Source of the DNA: a virus
Lineage: Duplodnaviria > Caudoviricetes
Virus record (IMG/VR): IMGVR_UViG_3300031519_008340
Span: 1 to 64,000 of that record
DNA length: 64,000 nt
Reading direction: 5' to 3' (one strand)
Shown here: piece by piece, positions 46,729 to 56,056 of the stretch
Position numbering within the stretch: the stretch's first letter is position 1
Layout of the letters: every line of letters starts with the position of its first letter
The notes under the pieces: model-generated
What the model saw: only the letters and a program-made list of their open reading frames with translations
What the model was told of the DNA's origin: nothing
Databases searched by the model: none
Position numbers and translations under genes: made by a program

Positions 46729-47161
46729 TTTTATCTATATCCTGTTTAATTAAAAACGCCCACATCTCTGCGTCCATATGTGGTACTTTGTAATTAAAAT
46801 GTTTAGGTGGTACAAACATTTTATTTGTGTCTTCAAATCTACCTTCTTTTATTGTGTCCATCCAGATTACATAATCAGCGTTAAAGTCTTCTCTTGTTTT
46901 TTCTGTTGGACAGACAAAATCAGCAATTACATTTCTGTTTTCTTTCACTGCGGCTTCTGCCATGTCTTTCATTCTGTTTGCTTGTCTAGTTCTACCTTCG
47001 GGAGAAAAATCCCAATCGTTTGCTTTTTTTCTTACTTCATCTGCATTAAGCCATACTGCATTTAGCATTGGTACCAATTTTTGTGCTAATGTAGTTTTTC
47101 CTGATCCGGGCAAGCCACAGATTAATATTTTCATTTTTGGTTTATCGCTGTGTACTTGCAT
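46718..47161 (-). CDS. cysC: adenylylsulfate (APS) kinase-like
   Basis: GLPGSGKTT, NADEVR, DFSPEGR, FVCP, FVPP. Confidence 0.85.
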   Translation of the reverse strand: MQVHSDKPKMKILICGLPGSGKTTLAQKLVPMLNAVWLNADEVRKKANDWDFSPEGRTRQANRMKDMAEAAVKENRNVIADFVCPTEKTREDFNADYVIWMDTIKEGRFEDTNKMFVPPKHFNYKVPHMDAEMWAFLIKQDIDKNEK

Positions 47162-47176
47162 TTGATATTATTTTCT

Positions 47177-47761
47177 TTAGGTTACTAGTTTATGTATTTC
47201 TGACCAATTATTTACTCTTGTAATATTTTCATCGTAAAATTCTTCGTTGTAACTATGGCTATAAAGTATTGGCTTCAGCCCGTACTCAAGACCTTTTTTT
47301 GCATTTGTCCACTTGTCTTCTATCCACCAAAGTCCTGTACCGTGAAATTCAGCAAGTGCAGAATCTTTGTGATCACCTGTTTTAAGTATAATAAAATTCT
47401 CAAAAACAGTGCCACCAAACAAATCTTTTAATCTTCTTTTTCTTAATTCTTGTGCTGGTATGTCCATTGTTTGTGATGTGATTGGAATAAAAGTCCAACC
47501 TTCTGCGTGTAGTAATTTTACCCATGTTTGTGAGTCAGGCATGGGTTCTTGTATCGCCATCCACGCGGATCTATTAAATTCTTCTATTAAATTTTCTTTT
47601 AAAATTTTCTTAATACCATAACGTTCCTCCATTGAATATGTTTTGTGATAACCAGATTGCAATTCAAAACCTCTCATTGTCATCCATTTACTGAAATGTT
47701 TTTCCCATTGCAGTAGTACTCCGTCAACGTCTGTAAGTATTATTCTACTTGATAGTGGCAT
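47177..47761 (-). CDS. HAD-family 5'(3')-deoxyribonucleotidase-like
   Basis: LTDVDGVL (DxDxV), WIEDK. Confidence 0.85.
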   Translation of the reverse strand: MPLSSRIILTDVDGVLLQWEKHFSKWMTMRGFELQSGYHKTYSMEERYGIKKILKENLIEEFNRSAWMAIQEPMPDSQTWVKLLHAEGWTFIPITSQTMDIPAQELRKRRLKDLFGGTVFENFIILKTGDHKDSALAEFHGTGLWWIEDKWTNAKKGLEYGLKPILYSHSYNEEFYDENITRVNNWSEIHKLVT

Positions 47762-48203
47762 CTTCCATTCCTGCTACTCTTAATTTTACAATGTTTGTAA
47801 TTTGCCATTGTTTTTGATCTAACCCTTTGGTGATGCCTAACCAACGATTACGTAAAAGAGCAAATTCATTTATAATTTTTTCTAAATCAACAACGTCTGC
47901 TTCGCCGTCAACATATTTTTCACAATCTCTAGAACTTAATGCTCTTTGATAATTTTCTAAATATTTTTTAAATCTTTCAGCTCTTAAACGTCTACGTTCA
48001 ATGTTAAGATATTCTAATATTGCTTCAATCTCTTGTAGTTGTTGAAATCTGTGTTCTACTATTCCAGGCATAGATGCACTAGCTCTTTCTAAATTGCCCC
48101 AGATACCGCATTCTTTACGTGCAGATTTATATTCGTCGTTGTAATGTATTATGCAATCAGGAATTTTAGAAATGTCTTTGCTTACTGTTGTATACCAACC
48201 CAT
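47745..48203 (-). CDS. uvsY: UvsY-like recombination mediator
   Basis: coiled-coil; ENYQRALSSRDCEKYVDGE; adjacent to uvsX. Confidence 0.8.
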   Translation of the reverse strand: MGWYTTVSKDISKIPDCIIHYNDEYKSARKECGIWGNLERASASMPGIVEHRFQQLQEIEAILEYLNIERRRLRAERFKKYLENYQRALSSRDCEKYVDGEADVVDLEKIINEFALLRNRWLGITKGLDQKQWQITNIVKLRVAGMEDATIK

Positions 48204-48460
48204 TAATCCTCACGCCAGTTTTCGTCGTTGTCGTTATCACCGTAAGCATCGTCTGCATCGTCTTCTAGAACAATTTTGATTGCTTCGGTAAGTTTTTCGT
48301 CATATTCCATTGACGCCTTTAAAATTTGATAATCTATGCTTTGGTCAACTAATGTTTTTACAAAGTCAACTGCACAATCTAGTTTTTGTCTTTCGGGTAC
48401 GTAGTGGGAAATAGTAGTCCAAATTTCTTCAATGTGCGTACTATCCATTGTCTGTTCCAT
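48203..48460 (-). CDS. small acidic hypothetical protein
   Basis: ORF between uvsX and uvsY. Confidence 0.7.
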   Translation of the reverse strand: MEQTMDSTHIEEIWTTISHYVPERQKLDCAVDFVKTLVDQSIDYQILKASMEYDEKLTEAIKIVLEDDADDAYGDNDNDENWRED

Positions 48461-49499
48461 CTTCTGCTGTCTCCTGGTCAGTTATATTAGCAAAGTCATG
48501 CATGACTTTTGTTAATTTATCACCTGTCCAGTTTTTTCGGAACTCTATTATCTCTACCCCTTTAGGATCAACATACTTTAATCTGTTACCTTGTTGCTTT
48601 ATTATGCCTTTTTTCTCAAATAAATCAAGCAATCCTGAATACGGATTCATTCCTGTTTCGTATGGAATTTTAACTTGTACACTTTCAAAAGGTTTAGCAT
48701 ACCTTGTTTTCATTACTTTACAAGCCGCTCTAATACCTCGTACATCTGTAACTTTGTTGCCTGCTTCATCTTCTTTTAATTTAAGTTTCTTCATTGCAAC
48801 AACAATACTAGACGCATATATAAATCCTTGTCCTCCTGATATCTTGTCGTCTGGATCAAACATATCTTGCGATGCGTATGTGTGGTTCGTAGCCATAAGT
48901 CCTACGTTCCATGAACCAAACATATTAACACAGTTTCTTACAAGAGCTGTCAATGCCTTAGGCTTACGACCCAAGTCACCTTTCATCTCACCTTTGTTAA
49001 ACTGATCTACGTCAGTTGGAGTAAGCAACATACCTAACGAGTCAACTACAAATAAAACTTTTGGTGCGGCTTCTCTGTTCTCCGAGTGTTCTGCTTTGTA
49101 TTCTTTCATAAACTCAGATACAGTTTTTGCTACATCATCAACCATTGATAAACTTAATTTTAATAATTTTTTTTCATCTGTGTCAACGCCTAGTGCTTTC
49201 AACCATGCTTCGTCTAGTGCATTCTCAGAATCAACTAATATTACAAATATTCCTTGATCCTGTGCATTTTTAATAATGTTGCCTGATGCAATATATGATT
49301 TACCTGCACCAGACTCACCGGCAAGTACTGATACTTTGCCTAGGGGAATTCCTTTTTCAAAGTCTCCGGATATCAAATAGTTTAAGGCAAAGTTTCCTGT
49401 TGAAATCCAATCTGTTGGATCATTAAATCCTATGCCTAATCCTTGAATACTTTTTGTAATACTTTTTCTAAATTTTGTAGCGTCAAATACTTTTGTCAT
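48441..49499 (-). CDS. uvsX: UvsX/RecA-like recombinase
   Basis: ISTG, AGESGAGKS, DSENALD, VVDSLG, NHTY, ISGG. Confidence 0.95.
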   Translation of the reverse strand: MTKVFDATKFRKSITKSIQGLGIGFNDPTDWISTGNFALNYLISGDFEKGIPLGKVSVLAGESGAGKSYIASGNIIKNAQDQGIFVILVDSENALDEAWLKALGVDTDEKKLLKLSLSMVDDVAKTVSEFMKEYKAEHSENREAAPKVLFVVDSLGMLLTPTDVDQFNKGEMKGDLGRKPKALTALVRNCVNMFGSWNVGLMATNHTYASQDMFDPDDKISGGQGFIYASSIVVAMKKLKLKEDEAGNKVTDVRGIRAACKVMKTRYAKPFESVQVKIPYETGMNPYSGLLDLFEKKGIIKQQGNRLKYVDPKGVEIIEFRKNWTGDKLTKVMHDFANITDQETAEDGTDNG

Positions 49500-49506
49500 G
49501 TGTGTC

Positions 49507-49605
49507 CTATAATATTATCCAGAGTACTATCACAACCAATATTGCCCATGCAGGAACTTGTTTGTATAATATCCAGTCAATTGCTTTTTTAATTTTGTTT
49601 TTCAT
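49507..49605 (-). CDS. 32-aa C-terminally hydrophobic peptide
   Basis: hand-translated MKNKIKKAIDWILYKQVPAWAILVVIVLWIIL; TTGACA-17-TATTAT ends 6 nt upstream. Confidence 0.6.
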   Translation of the reverse strand: MKNKIKKAIDWILYKQVPAWAILVVIVLWIIL

Positions 49606-49671
49606 ACTATAATAATACTACCGTTTGGCTTCAGTGTCAATATGTTTGCTGAAGCCAATGGTAATTTGTGT

Positions 49672-50649
49672 TTACTTCGCTTGTCTTGATCTTATTAACT
49701 TTAAGATGTCTTCCGCTCTTTTAGCACTGTCTGTGTTTGGCTGTGCTGGAGCAGGAGTAGACTCTGCAGGTTTTGCCGCTTCTACAACTGTTTCTGCTTT
49801 TGTTTCAGTTGTTGTTGCAGTTGCTGGTGCACTAGCAACAGGTGTTCTATTACCTGTCATAGCCGCCATGCCTGCTGGTCTAAAGTATTGTCCATACTTC
49901 TCAAGATCATAAGCCTCACCGTCTACAGATTTTTCAAATAATTCTTTGATTATTTTTACTTCTGCATCGGTTGGTTCTTTGGGTCTAAAGTCCGACAAAT
50001 TGTGTAAACTATTTTTGTCAATTGCGGCTCTTTCTGCTTCATCAAGTGGTCTTTCTCTTCTTGACCATTTTGATGTTGAGTAGTCTGCATAACCACCTTT
50101 TGACGTTTTAGTTATTCTAAAGTCAACACCTTTCACGTAATCAGTTGGCAGTTCTTCCATTTCTGGATCAAGTAGTGCCGCTCTGATAATGTTAAAAATT
50201 TGAGGACCAATAATAAATCTTCTTATTGGATTCTCTGGTGTTGCATCTTCATTTAATGGATTTTGTGTAACAAAACCTTGGAAAATGTATGATTTTTTCT
50301 TCCAATATTTTCTACCCATGTCTTCCATTGATTTGTCTTTGAACCATGGTCTTACCTCTGTAAGAATTGGACAAGTTTTTCCGTACATCTCCATACAAGG
50401 TACTTGTACCTGTACAGGTCTTGAATCTGTTTGTCCTTTGATCCCTGCAAATGGCAGTTTGATCATGTTCCTTTCAGTCCAGAAAAAAGTGTTTGCAGAA
50501 TCCTTATCTGGTAAGAATCTTAGAACTGCTTCTTGTCCTTCCTGTATATTCCAATGTGGATATATGGCGTTGTCTCCGCCTGTGTTAGAAGTGGAGCGAT
50601 TCACTTCTTGGGATTTTAACTTCGCTCTTATTTCAGCCAATGTAGCCAT
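49672..50649 (-). CDS. gp32: single-stranded DNA-binding protein (gp32-like)
   Basis: AVLRFLPD, VPCMEMYGKTCP, YWKK, YSTSKW; SD GGAGG. Confidence 0.93.
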   Translation of the reverse strand: MATLAEIRAKLKSQEVNRSTSNTGGDNAIYPHWNIQEGQEAVLRFLPDKDSANTFFWTERNMIKLPFAGIKGQTDSRPVQVQVPCMEMYGKTCPILTEVRPWFKDKSMEDMGRKYWKKKSYIFQGFVTQNPLNEDATPENPIRRFIIGPQIFNIIRAALLDPEMEELPTDYVKGVDFRITKTSKGGYADYSTSKWSRRERPLDEAERAAIDKNSLHNLSDFRPKEPTDAEVKIIKELFEKSVDGEAYDLEKYGQYFRPAGMAAMTGNRTPVASAPATATTTETKAETVVEAAKPAESTPAPAQPNTDSAKRAEDILKLIRSRQAK

Positions 50650-50750
50650 AATGTAAGCCTCCTTTAGTTGTGCCTATGTTTGTTTGTGCCTAAATGTATC
50701 TTAAGCATTACACTTAATATACACACTTATTTATCTAAAGTCTACTACTA

Positions 50751-52865
50751 TTATTGGTATTTTGCTAATTTGACGATTCTGGTTAGTTCGTCCTCAACGC
50801 CTGCAATGTTTGACGCAGTGTTGTCTTCTTTGGATTCGGTTATTGATTCTTTAACTTCTGTTTCTTCTTCTTGGAAAAATTCATTTAAATTTAAGCCTGC
50901 TAGTTCAATAGCATCTTTCAGTGTGTACTCTTTGTCGCCTACTTTAAATTTATCTCCAGACTTCATGCCTGCCGCTTTGGCTTTTTGCACTGCCTGTGCA
51001 AATTCATTGCCTTCTGTTTTTGGAGTTTCTTCTGTTTCGACTGCTTCACCTTTTCTAAGCATATCGTAATTTTTATGTAAAAACTTCTCTGCCGCATCTC
51101 CGTCAGCAGTTTTCATTGCTGAGTTGCTGTGAGCATCTAATACATCGTATACCATTTTGCCGTCTTCACCCCTGTACATTGACACATAAGGTTTAATTTT
51201 TGAACCTTGTCCTTCTAGTTCAACATTGTCTGCCCAAGTTTCAAATTGTTCTGCTTCTTTGGCCTTGCCTTGTCTGTCTTTTTTAGGAGCGTAAGCACCT
51301 GGTTCCATTCTTATTTCGTCACCGTATGTAGCATCCGCTTGCATTTTTTTGTAATCATCAATATATCTTTTTGCCAATTGAATTGCAATTTTTTTATTTT
51401 TTACGTAGTCTTTAGTTGGTTTGAAAAAAGGTTGTCCTTCTCCGTCTAATTCATCTGCGACTCTTGAAGCAAAGTTTGCCACTCTGTCTTCTTCACCACC
51501 CTTTGTAAGCATTCTACTTGCAATATCAGAAAGTATAGAACTTAACATTGTGTTTTTGTTTGTAAATTTTGTAACTTTTAGCATGTTGTCAGCAGTGTCG
51601 TCTTTTCTTAAAACTAGTTTTTTTGCAGGGTCTGCTAAAAAGCCTTGTACAACTGCACCGTGATCAACTGGCGCTGGCATGTCTGCTTCTTTGTCTTTGA
51701 ATTCTTTCATATCTTCAGCATCTCCGTCATTTTTAAATTTAGGTTTCAGTTCTTTGCCTTTGAACGCTGTGATTCCAGGTTGAACTTTTTCAACTTCTCC
51801 ACCTTTAGCCATAAACGATTTCATCATTTTTTCTCTTTCCGCTCTTTTTTCTGGTGTGTCGTATTCTTGCATTACTCTATGAATAATTGGTAAAGCGTCT
51901 TCTACTCTATTATCTAAATTTTTTAATGTAAATTTGTCTTTGTATGAATTAGCAGTTTCGTCATCTAGTTCAACTGCTTCAGATTTTTTATAGTCTCCTA
52001 TTGCTGTTTCATAATGGCCTTGTTTGCTAATATTTTTTACATACATTCTTAAGTTTTCTAATTGTAATTTTGTTTGTTCTATGATATCACCGGCTGAATC
52101 ATTTAATTGATCTTTGTTTGAAACATATCTTTGAAATGAAGATAATTTTGCAATGTCTTCAGAAGTTTGTATAATGTGTTGACCAAAGTCGTCATGTGGT
52201 CTTCCACCATTGGCAACGTGTCTTGTCATTGCTCTTGCACCTGCTAAATGAATCACAGGATATTTGAATCTTTCACCGTCTTCGTTTTCAATATACATTG
52301 AATTTATGTGTCTTGATCTTGCACCAGGCACATTTTCATCAACTGGTCCTGTGTGTCTAACTATTAATCTAGTTTTGTCTAAGTTTTCGTACGAACTTTT
52401 ACGTGTTCCTGTTAAACCTTCTTTGACTTCTATACCTGCTAATTTTGTGATTCTGTTTAGTTCTTCTTGCATTTCGTCAGTATTTACCGTTTTGTTTGCA
52501 TCTGCAAGATTTTGATAATCCTGCTTCGTTAGGTTCGTTTTAGTAATGTCTCTAATATCAAATTCTAATTGATGTTCAACAGCAAAATCTTTTAGTTCTT
52601 TAATAAACGCATACCAATCACTTTTGTCGTCTTCTTCAATTTTAGCAACCATGTCTCGATTGTAAAACACCTTCATCGACTCGCCATCAGCTAAACTTAT
52701 GCTTACTCGACCGAACTTGTCTTCGTCTTCTGTGAATTCAAAGTCAAAAAATACTGCTTGTTTTGGATCTGCTGTTGCACTACCCTCACTATCACCTATA
52801 GTAATATTGCCAAATTTGCTTCTTATTTTAGCAAAAAGGTCATTTGATGTTTTTTCTGAGATCAT
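50751..52865 (-). CDS. large acidic protein, probable head/internal virion component
   Basis: 704 aa, Glu/Lys-rich; TATAAATA 4 nt upstream; morphogenesis context. Confidence 0.6.
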   Translation of the reverse strand: MISEKTSNDLFAKIRSKFGNITIGDSEGSATADPKQAVFFDFEFTEDEDKFGRVSISLADGESMKVFYNRDMVAKIEEDDKSDWYAFIKELKDFAVEHQLEFDIRDITKTNLTKQDYQNLADANKTVNTDEMQEELNRITKLAGIEVKEGLTGTRKSSYENLDKTRLIVRHTGPVDENVPGARSRHINSMYIENEDGERFKYPVIHLAGARAMTRHVANGGRPHDDFGQHIIQTSEDIAKLSSFQRYVSNKDQLNDSAGDIIEQTKLQLENLRMYVKNISKQGHYETAIGDYKKSEAVELDDETANSYKDKFTLKNLDNRVEDALPIIHRVMQEYDTPEKRAEREKMMKSFMAKGGEVEKVQPGITAFKGKELKPKFKNDGDAEDMKEFKDKEADMPAPVDHGAVVQGFLADPAKKLVLRKDDTADNMLKVTKFTNKNTMLSSILSDIASRMLTKGGEEDRVANFASRVADELDGEGQPFFKPTKDYVKNKKIAIQLAKRYIDDYKKMQADATYGDEIRMEPGAYAPKKDRQGKAKEAEQFETWADNVELEGQGSKIKPYVSMYRGEDGKMVYDVLDAHSNSAMKTADGDAAEKFLHKNYDMLRKGEAVETEETPKTEGNEFAQAVQKAKAAGMKSGDKFKVGDKEYTLKDAIELAGLNLNEFFQEEETEVKESITESKEDNTASNIAGVEDELTRIVKLAKYQ

Positions 52866-52878
52866 ATTGTATTTATAG

Positions 52879-54408
52879 CTATTTTATGTATTTTCTACAT
52901 TCTTCTAATTGTGGTATATAGGCCGCTAATTTTGAACCTCTATGTTTGTCTAAGGTATCGTTATAATAGAAGAAGTTTTTTAATTTTTCTTTGTCAAACT
53001 TATTATTTTTAGAATAATGATCGTAAAGTCCATCAACCATAGTCCTTGACCCTCTTTCTTGATGATAATAGCATTTTGTTTGTTTTGCTTTTTGTAAACT
53101 TTTTAAAATCATTTCTCTATTAGGATGGTTCAACGCTGATAAAATATCATTTCTGTACCCAGCGTAATTAAGTTGTATAGTAGCATAAGGAAACTCTTTG
53201 TCAAAAAAATTCATTGTTTCTCCTATCTCATGGACAGTGTACATAGATAATACTGATATAATGTGTATGCCTGCCCCGTTCTTTTTTAACCTGTGAATGT
53301 TTTCAATTTGTTTTTTACTTGTTGTCCCCCATCTAACATATTCTGTAGTTTTTCCTATGCCGTCTATACTGCAGGTAAACCATAATTTAGGAAACTTTGA
53401 AAAAAGATCAAAAAGTTTGTCACTTATTTTTACTGCATTTGTATTGATATTAATTTCAAAATCTGTTTTTCCTTTGGCAATACATTTACGTAAGAATGCG
53501 TAAACCGATGGCATTACCGTAGGTTCACCTCCTGCAATATAAATTCTTACCATTGAGTCTAAATTTACTAAATTAAAACTAGGAGTGTTTACAATTGGAT
53601 CTGTTTCTGGTCTTACTATTGATTGAAATTTTTTGTCTTGTATTTTACTTGTCTCTTCTGCTATAAGATGACTCCATTTAGGCCTACACATTCTACATTT
53701 TAAATTACATTTGTTTGAAGGTCTAATTTCAAAATACGCAGGATCTTTAATTTTTTTGAGATCGTCTGGAGATTTTATTTTTAAACGTGTAATCCAGTCA
53801 AAAGAATCAGTCCATCTCATGTCTCTCATTCCTTTTTTTTCAAAAAAGTAACACTCCCTACAGCCAGAAATTTTTTCTCCTTTTAGCATTTTATTCCTAA
53901 CTTTACTATATGCTGGATCTGTTTTCCAATTTACTATATCTTCTCTTTTTTTAATTTTATCCCAATTTCTTCCACATAAATTTGTATTGCCGTCTTGCCC
54001 ATCGTGCATCAGTATCCAGGGATTCATACAAATACTCTTATTGTTACTGAAAATCTTTTCCCAATTATCAAGGTATGCCATATTATTTTTGTTAATAATT
54101 TCAAGTTTCAAACCCAACGCTTCCATGTCTTTTACAAGTTTCCACATTGCTAAAAAAATACGTGAGTGTGAAAATTGTTCTTGTGTTTGATCTAGTAAAA
54201 CTATTTTGTCAAATTTTTTAGCACTTTCAATAATGTCTTTTTGTTGGGAAATAACTGGGCCTGCATAATAACAGCCTGCTTCTAATTTATTACTTTCTGG
54301 TAGGGCGCCTCTAAATGTAATACTATTTTCCTTAGCATATTTTTCAGTTAATTTGTGTCCCCACGCCTTGCCAGACGAGTTGTCAGCCAAGCATAATATT
54401 TTTTGCAT
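52879..54408 (-). CDS. radical SAM protein with Twitch/SPASM-like Cys cluster and unknown N-terminal domain
   Basis: CMNPW..C..C..C, CNLKCRMC, AGGEP, INTN, CSIDG. Confidence 0.9.
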   Translation of the reverse strand: MQKILCLADNSSGKAWGHKLTEKYAKENSITFRGALPESNKLEAGCYYAGPVISQQKDIIESAKKFDKIVLLDQTQEQFSHSRIFLAMWKLVKDMEALGLKLEIINKNNMAYLDNWEKIFSNNKSICMNPWILMHDGQDGNTNLCGRNWDKIKKREDIVNWKTDPAYSKVRNKMLKGEKISGCRECYFFEKKGMRDMRWTDSFDWITRLKIKSPDDLKKIKDPAYFEIRPSNKCNLKCRMCRPKWSHLIAEETSKIQDKKFQSIVRPETDPIVNTPSFNLVNLDSMVRIYIAGGEPTVMPSVYAFLRKCIAKGKTDFEININTNAVKISDKLFDLFSKFPKLWFTCSIDGIGKTTEYVRWGTTSKKQIENIHRLKKNGAGIHIISVLSMYTVHEIGETMNFFDKEFPYATIQLNYAGYRNDILSALNHPNREMILKSLQKAKQTKCYYHQERGSRTMVDGLYDHYSKNNKFDKEKLKNFFYYNDTLDKHRGSKLAAYIPQLEECRKYIK

Positions 54409-54423
54409 ATAATGTTATTTAAA

Positions 54424-56019
54424 CTATGTGCCGAGGTTGGCAAAAATAGGCATTGGTGCTGTGTATTCAGATGTTCTATTGGTCCATTGCTCAAATATTT
54501 GTGGATCAAAATCTGCTAACACCTTAATCATACGAGTTGCTAACAAACAAGAACTTACAAGATCGTCGTGTTCGCCGGGCTTGCCTTTGTAACTTACTCC
54601 TGAAGCAACAAAGTTTTTTAATTCAGATATAAGAGGTTTTGAATTGAGCTCCATTTTATTATTTTCAACAAGTTCTTTGAATTTTGCACAGGCATCAATT
54701 TTATGTTTTGCTGTTGTGTTAAATCCTCTTCTAAACTTACGTCTGTGTCCTTTTCTAATAGGTTCACTTAAAAATGCACCCATTATGTTTTCTTCACCTA
54801 TGTCCATGACTCTGTTTAATGCCGCTTCACCAAGTGTGTTATTTTCCATACTGTAAAATATACTAGGGTTGGCAGTTGAATCTTGTTCTATTATTGTTTC
54901 GTGAATATATTTTGTAATACTTTGTAAAATTCTTATTTGATGATTAGCGGGTGTGGTGTTATGATGCCATTCGGCTACCTGTTTAAATGTAGGTAGTTCA
55001 AATACCTGTATGGCCGAGTAATCACCACCTGATCCTAGTGATGGATCCAGGGCCACCATATAGGTGTGTTTAGGTTTTGGTTTTGAGTACCATCTAACTT
55101 GTCCTTGATTTAATACTGGGTCAACACCTTCAAGTTCAACTAATCTCACACTTGATATTAATGTTTCATCGTAAATTAAGAATTCACATTCGTGTTCCCT
55201 TCTAAATCTTTCATCGCCAATTCTTGACTTTTCTTGTTCTGCCCATGCTTCATCTCTGTCAGGGTGTTCCGACCAATGGGCTTTCATGGCATAAAAACCG
55301 TTTGTGCCTACAATATTGTCATTGCCAAAGTCATCATATCTTTTGCAGGCTTCTTTCCATATCAATGCAAATTGATCTTCATCTGAATTAGGCGTTGAGG
55401 TAATTAGACATTTTCCTCCTGTACTCAAAGTTGGAGACAGTGAAGTCCAAAACTCAACTGCTTTTTCAGGTGGTTGAACGAATGCAAACTCATCACAATA
55501 TATTAATGTCAAGGACATACCCCGTCCTGTGTTTTCTGTTGTGGTGGTTGCCATAATTTTTGAACCGTTATCAAATTCAATACTGTTTCTGTTGTACTGT
55601 GTTACACCTGCCTTGATCCAACTAGGCAACATTTCATAGGCATAACGCACTCTTGACATGATGTCTGATGCACCTGCATATTTGTGTGCCGCAATTAGTA
55701 TTTGAGAATCTGGTTTAAACATGGCGTACCAAATTAGATATCCTGATGCACAGGTTGTTTTACCAGTTTGTCTTGGTAGCATAGCAATACTAAACCTATG
55801 ATCATTGTAACTTTGTATTAATCTTTTTTGATAATCAAAAGGTTTAAAAGACATTGATCCTTTAGTAGGATGTTGAATCTTCATAAAACTTTCCATAAAG
55901 AAAAGTGGACCAACTTTTTCGTCCATACATTTTTCAAGTTGTAACACTTGATCTTTTGTATATTTGTGTTTCTTGTGCGCCTTTTTAATTTGGTCGCTGT
56001 CTAATGATACATACGCCAT
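54424..56019 (-). CDS. gp17: terminase large subunit (gp17-like)
   Basis: LPRQTGKTT Walker A, YCDEFAF Walker B, ALDPS..DYS and HDDLV nuclease motifs. Confidence 0.96.
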   Translation of the reverse strand: MAYVSLDSDQIKKAHKKHKYTKDQVLQLEKCMDEKVGPLFFMESFMKIQHPTKGSMSFKPFDYQKRLIQSYNDHRFSIAMLPRQTGKTTCASGYLIWYAMFKPDSQILIAAHKYAGASDIMSRVRYAYEMLPSWIKAGVTQYNRNSIEFDNGSKIMATTTTENTGRGMSLTLIYCDEFAFVQPPEKAVEFWTSLSPTLSTGGKCLITSTPNSDEDQFALIWKEACKRYDDFGNDNIVGTNGFYAMKAHWSEHPDRDEAWAEQEKSRIGDERFRREHECEFLIYDETLISSVRLVELEGVDPVLNQGQVRWYSKPKPKHTYMVALDPSLGSGGDYSAIQVFELPTFKQVAEWHHNTTPANHQIRILQSITKYIHETIIEQDSTANPSIFYSMENNTLGEAALNRVMDIGEENIMGAFLSEPIRKGHRRKFRRGFNTTAKHKIDACAKFKELVENNKMELNSKPLISELKNFVASGVSYKGKPGEHDDLVSSCLLATRMIKVLADFDPQIFEQWTNRTSEYTAPMPIFANLGT

Positions 56020-56056
56020 AGTAATGTATTTAAGGTAAAATTAGCTTGCTAAAGTA

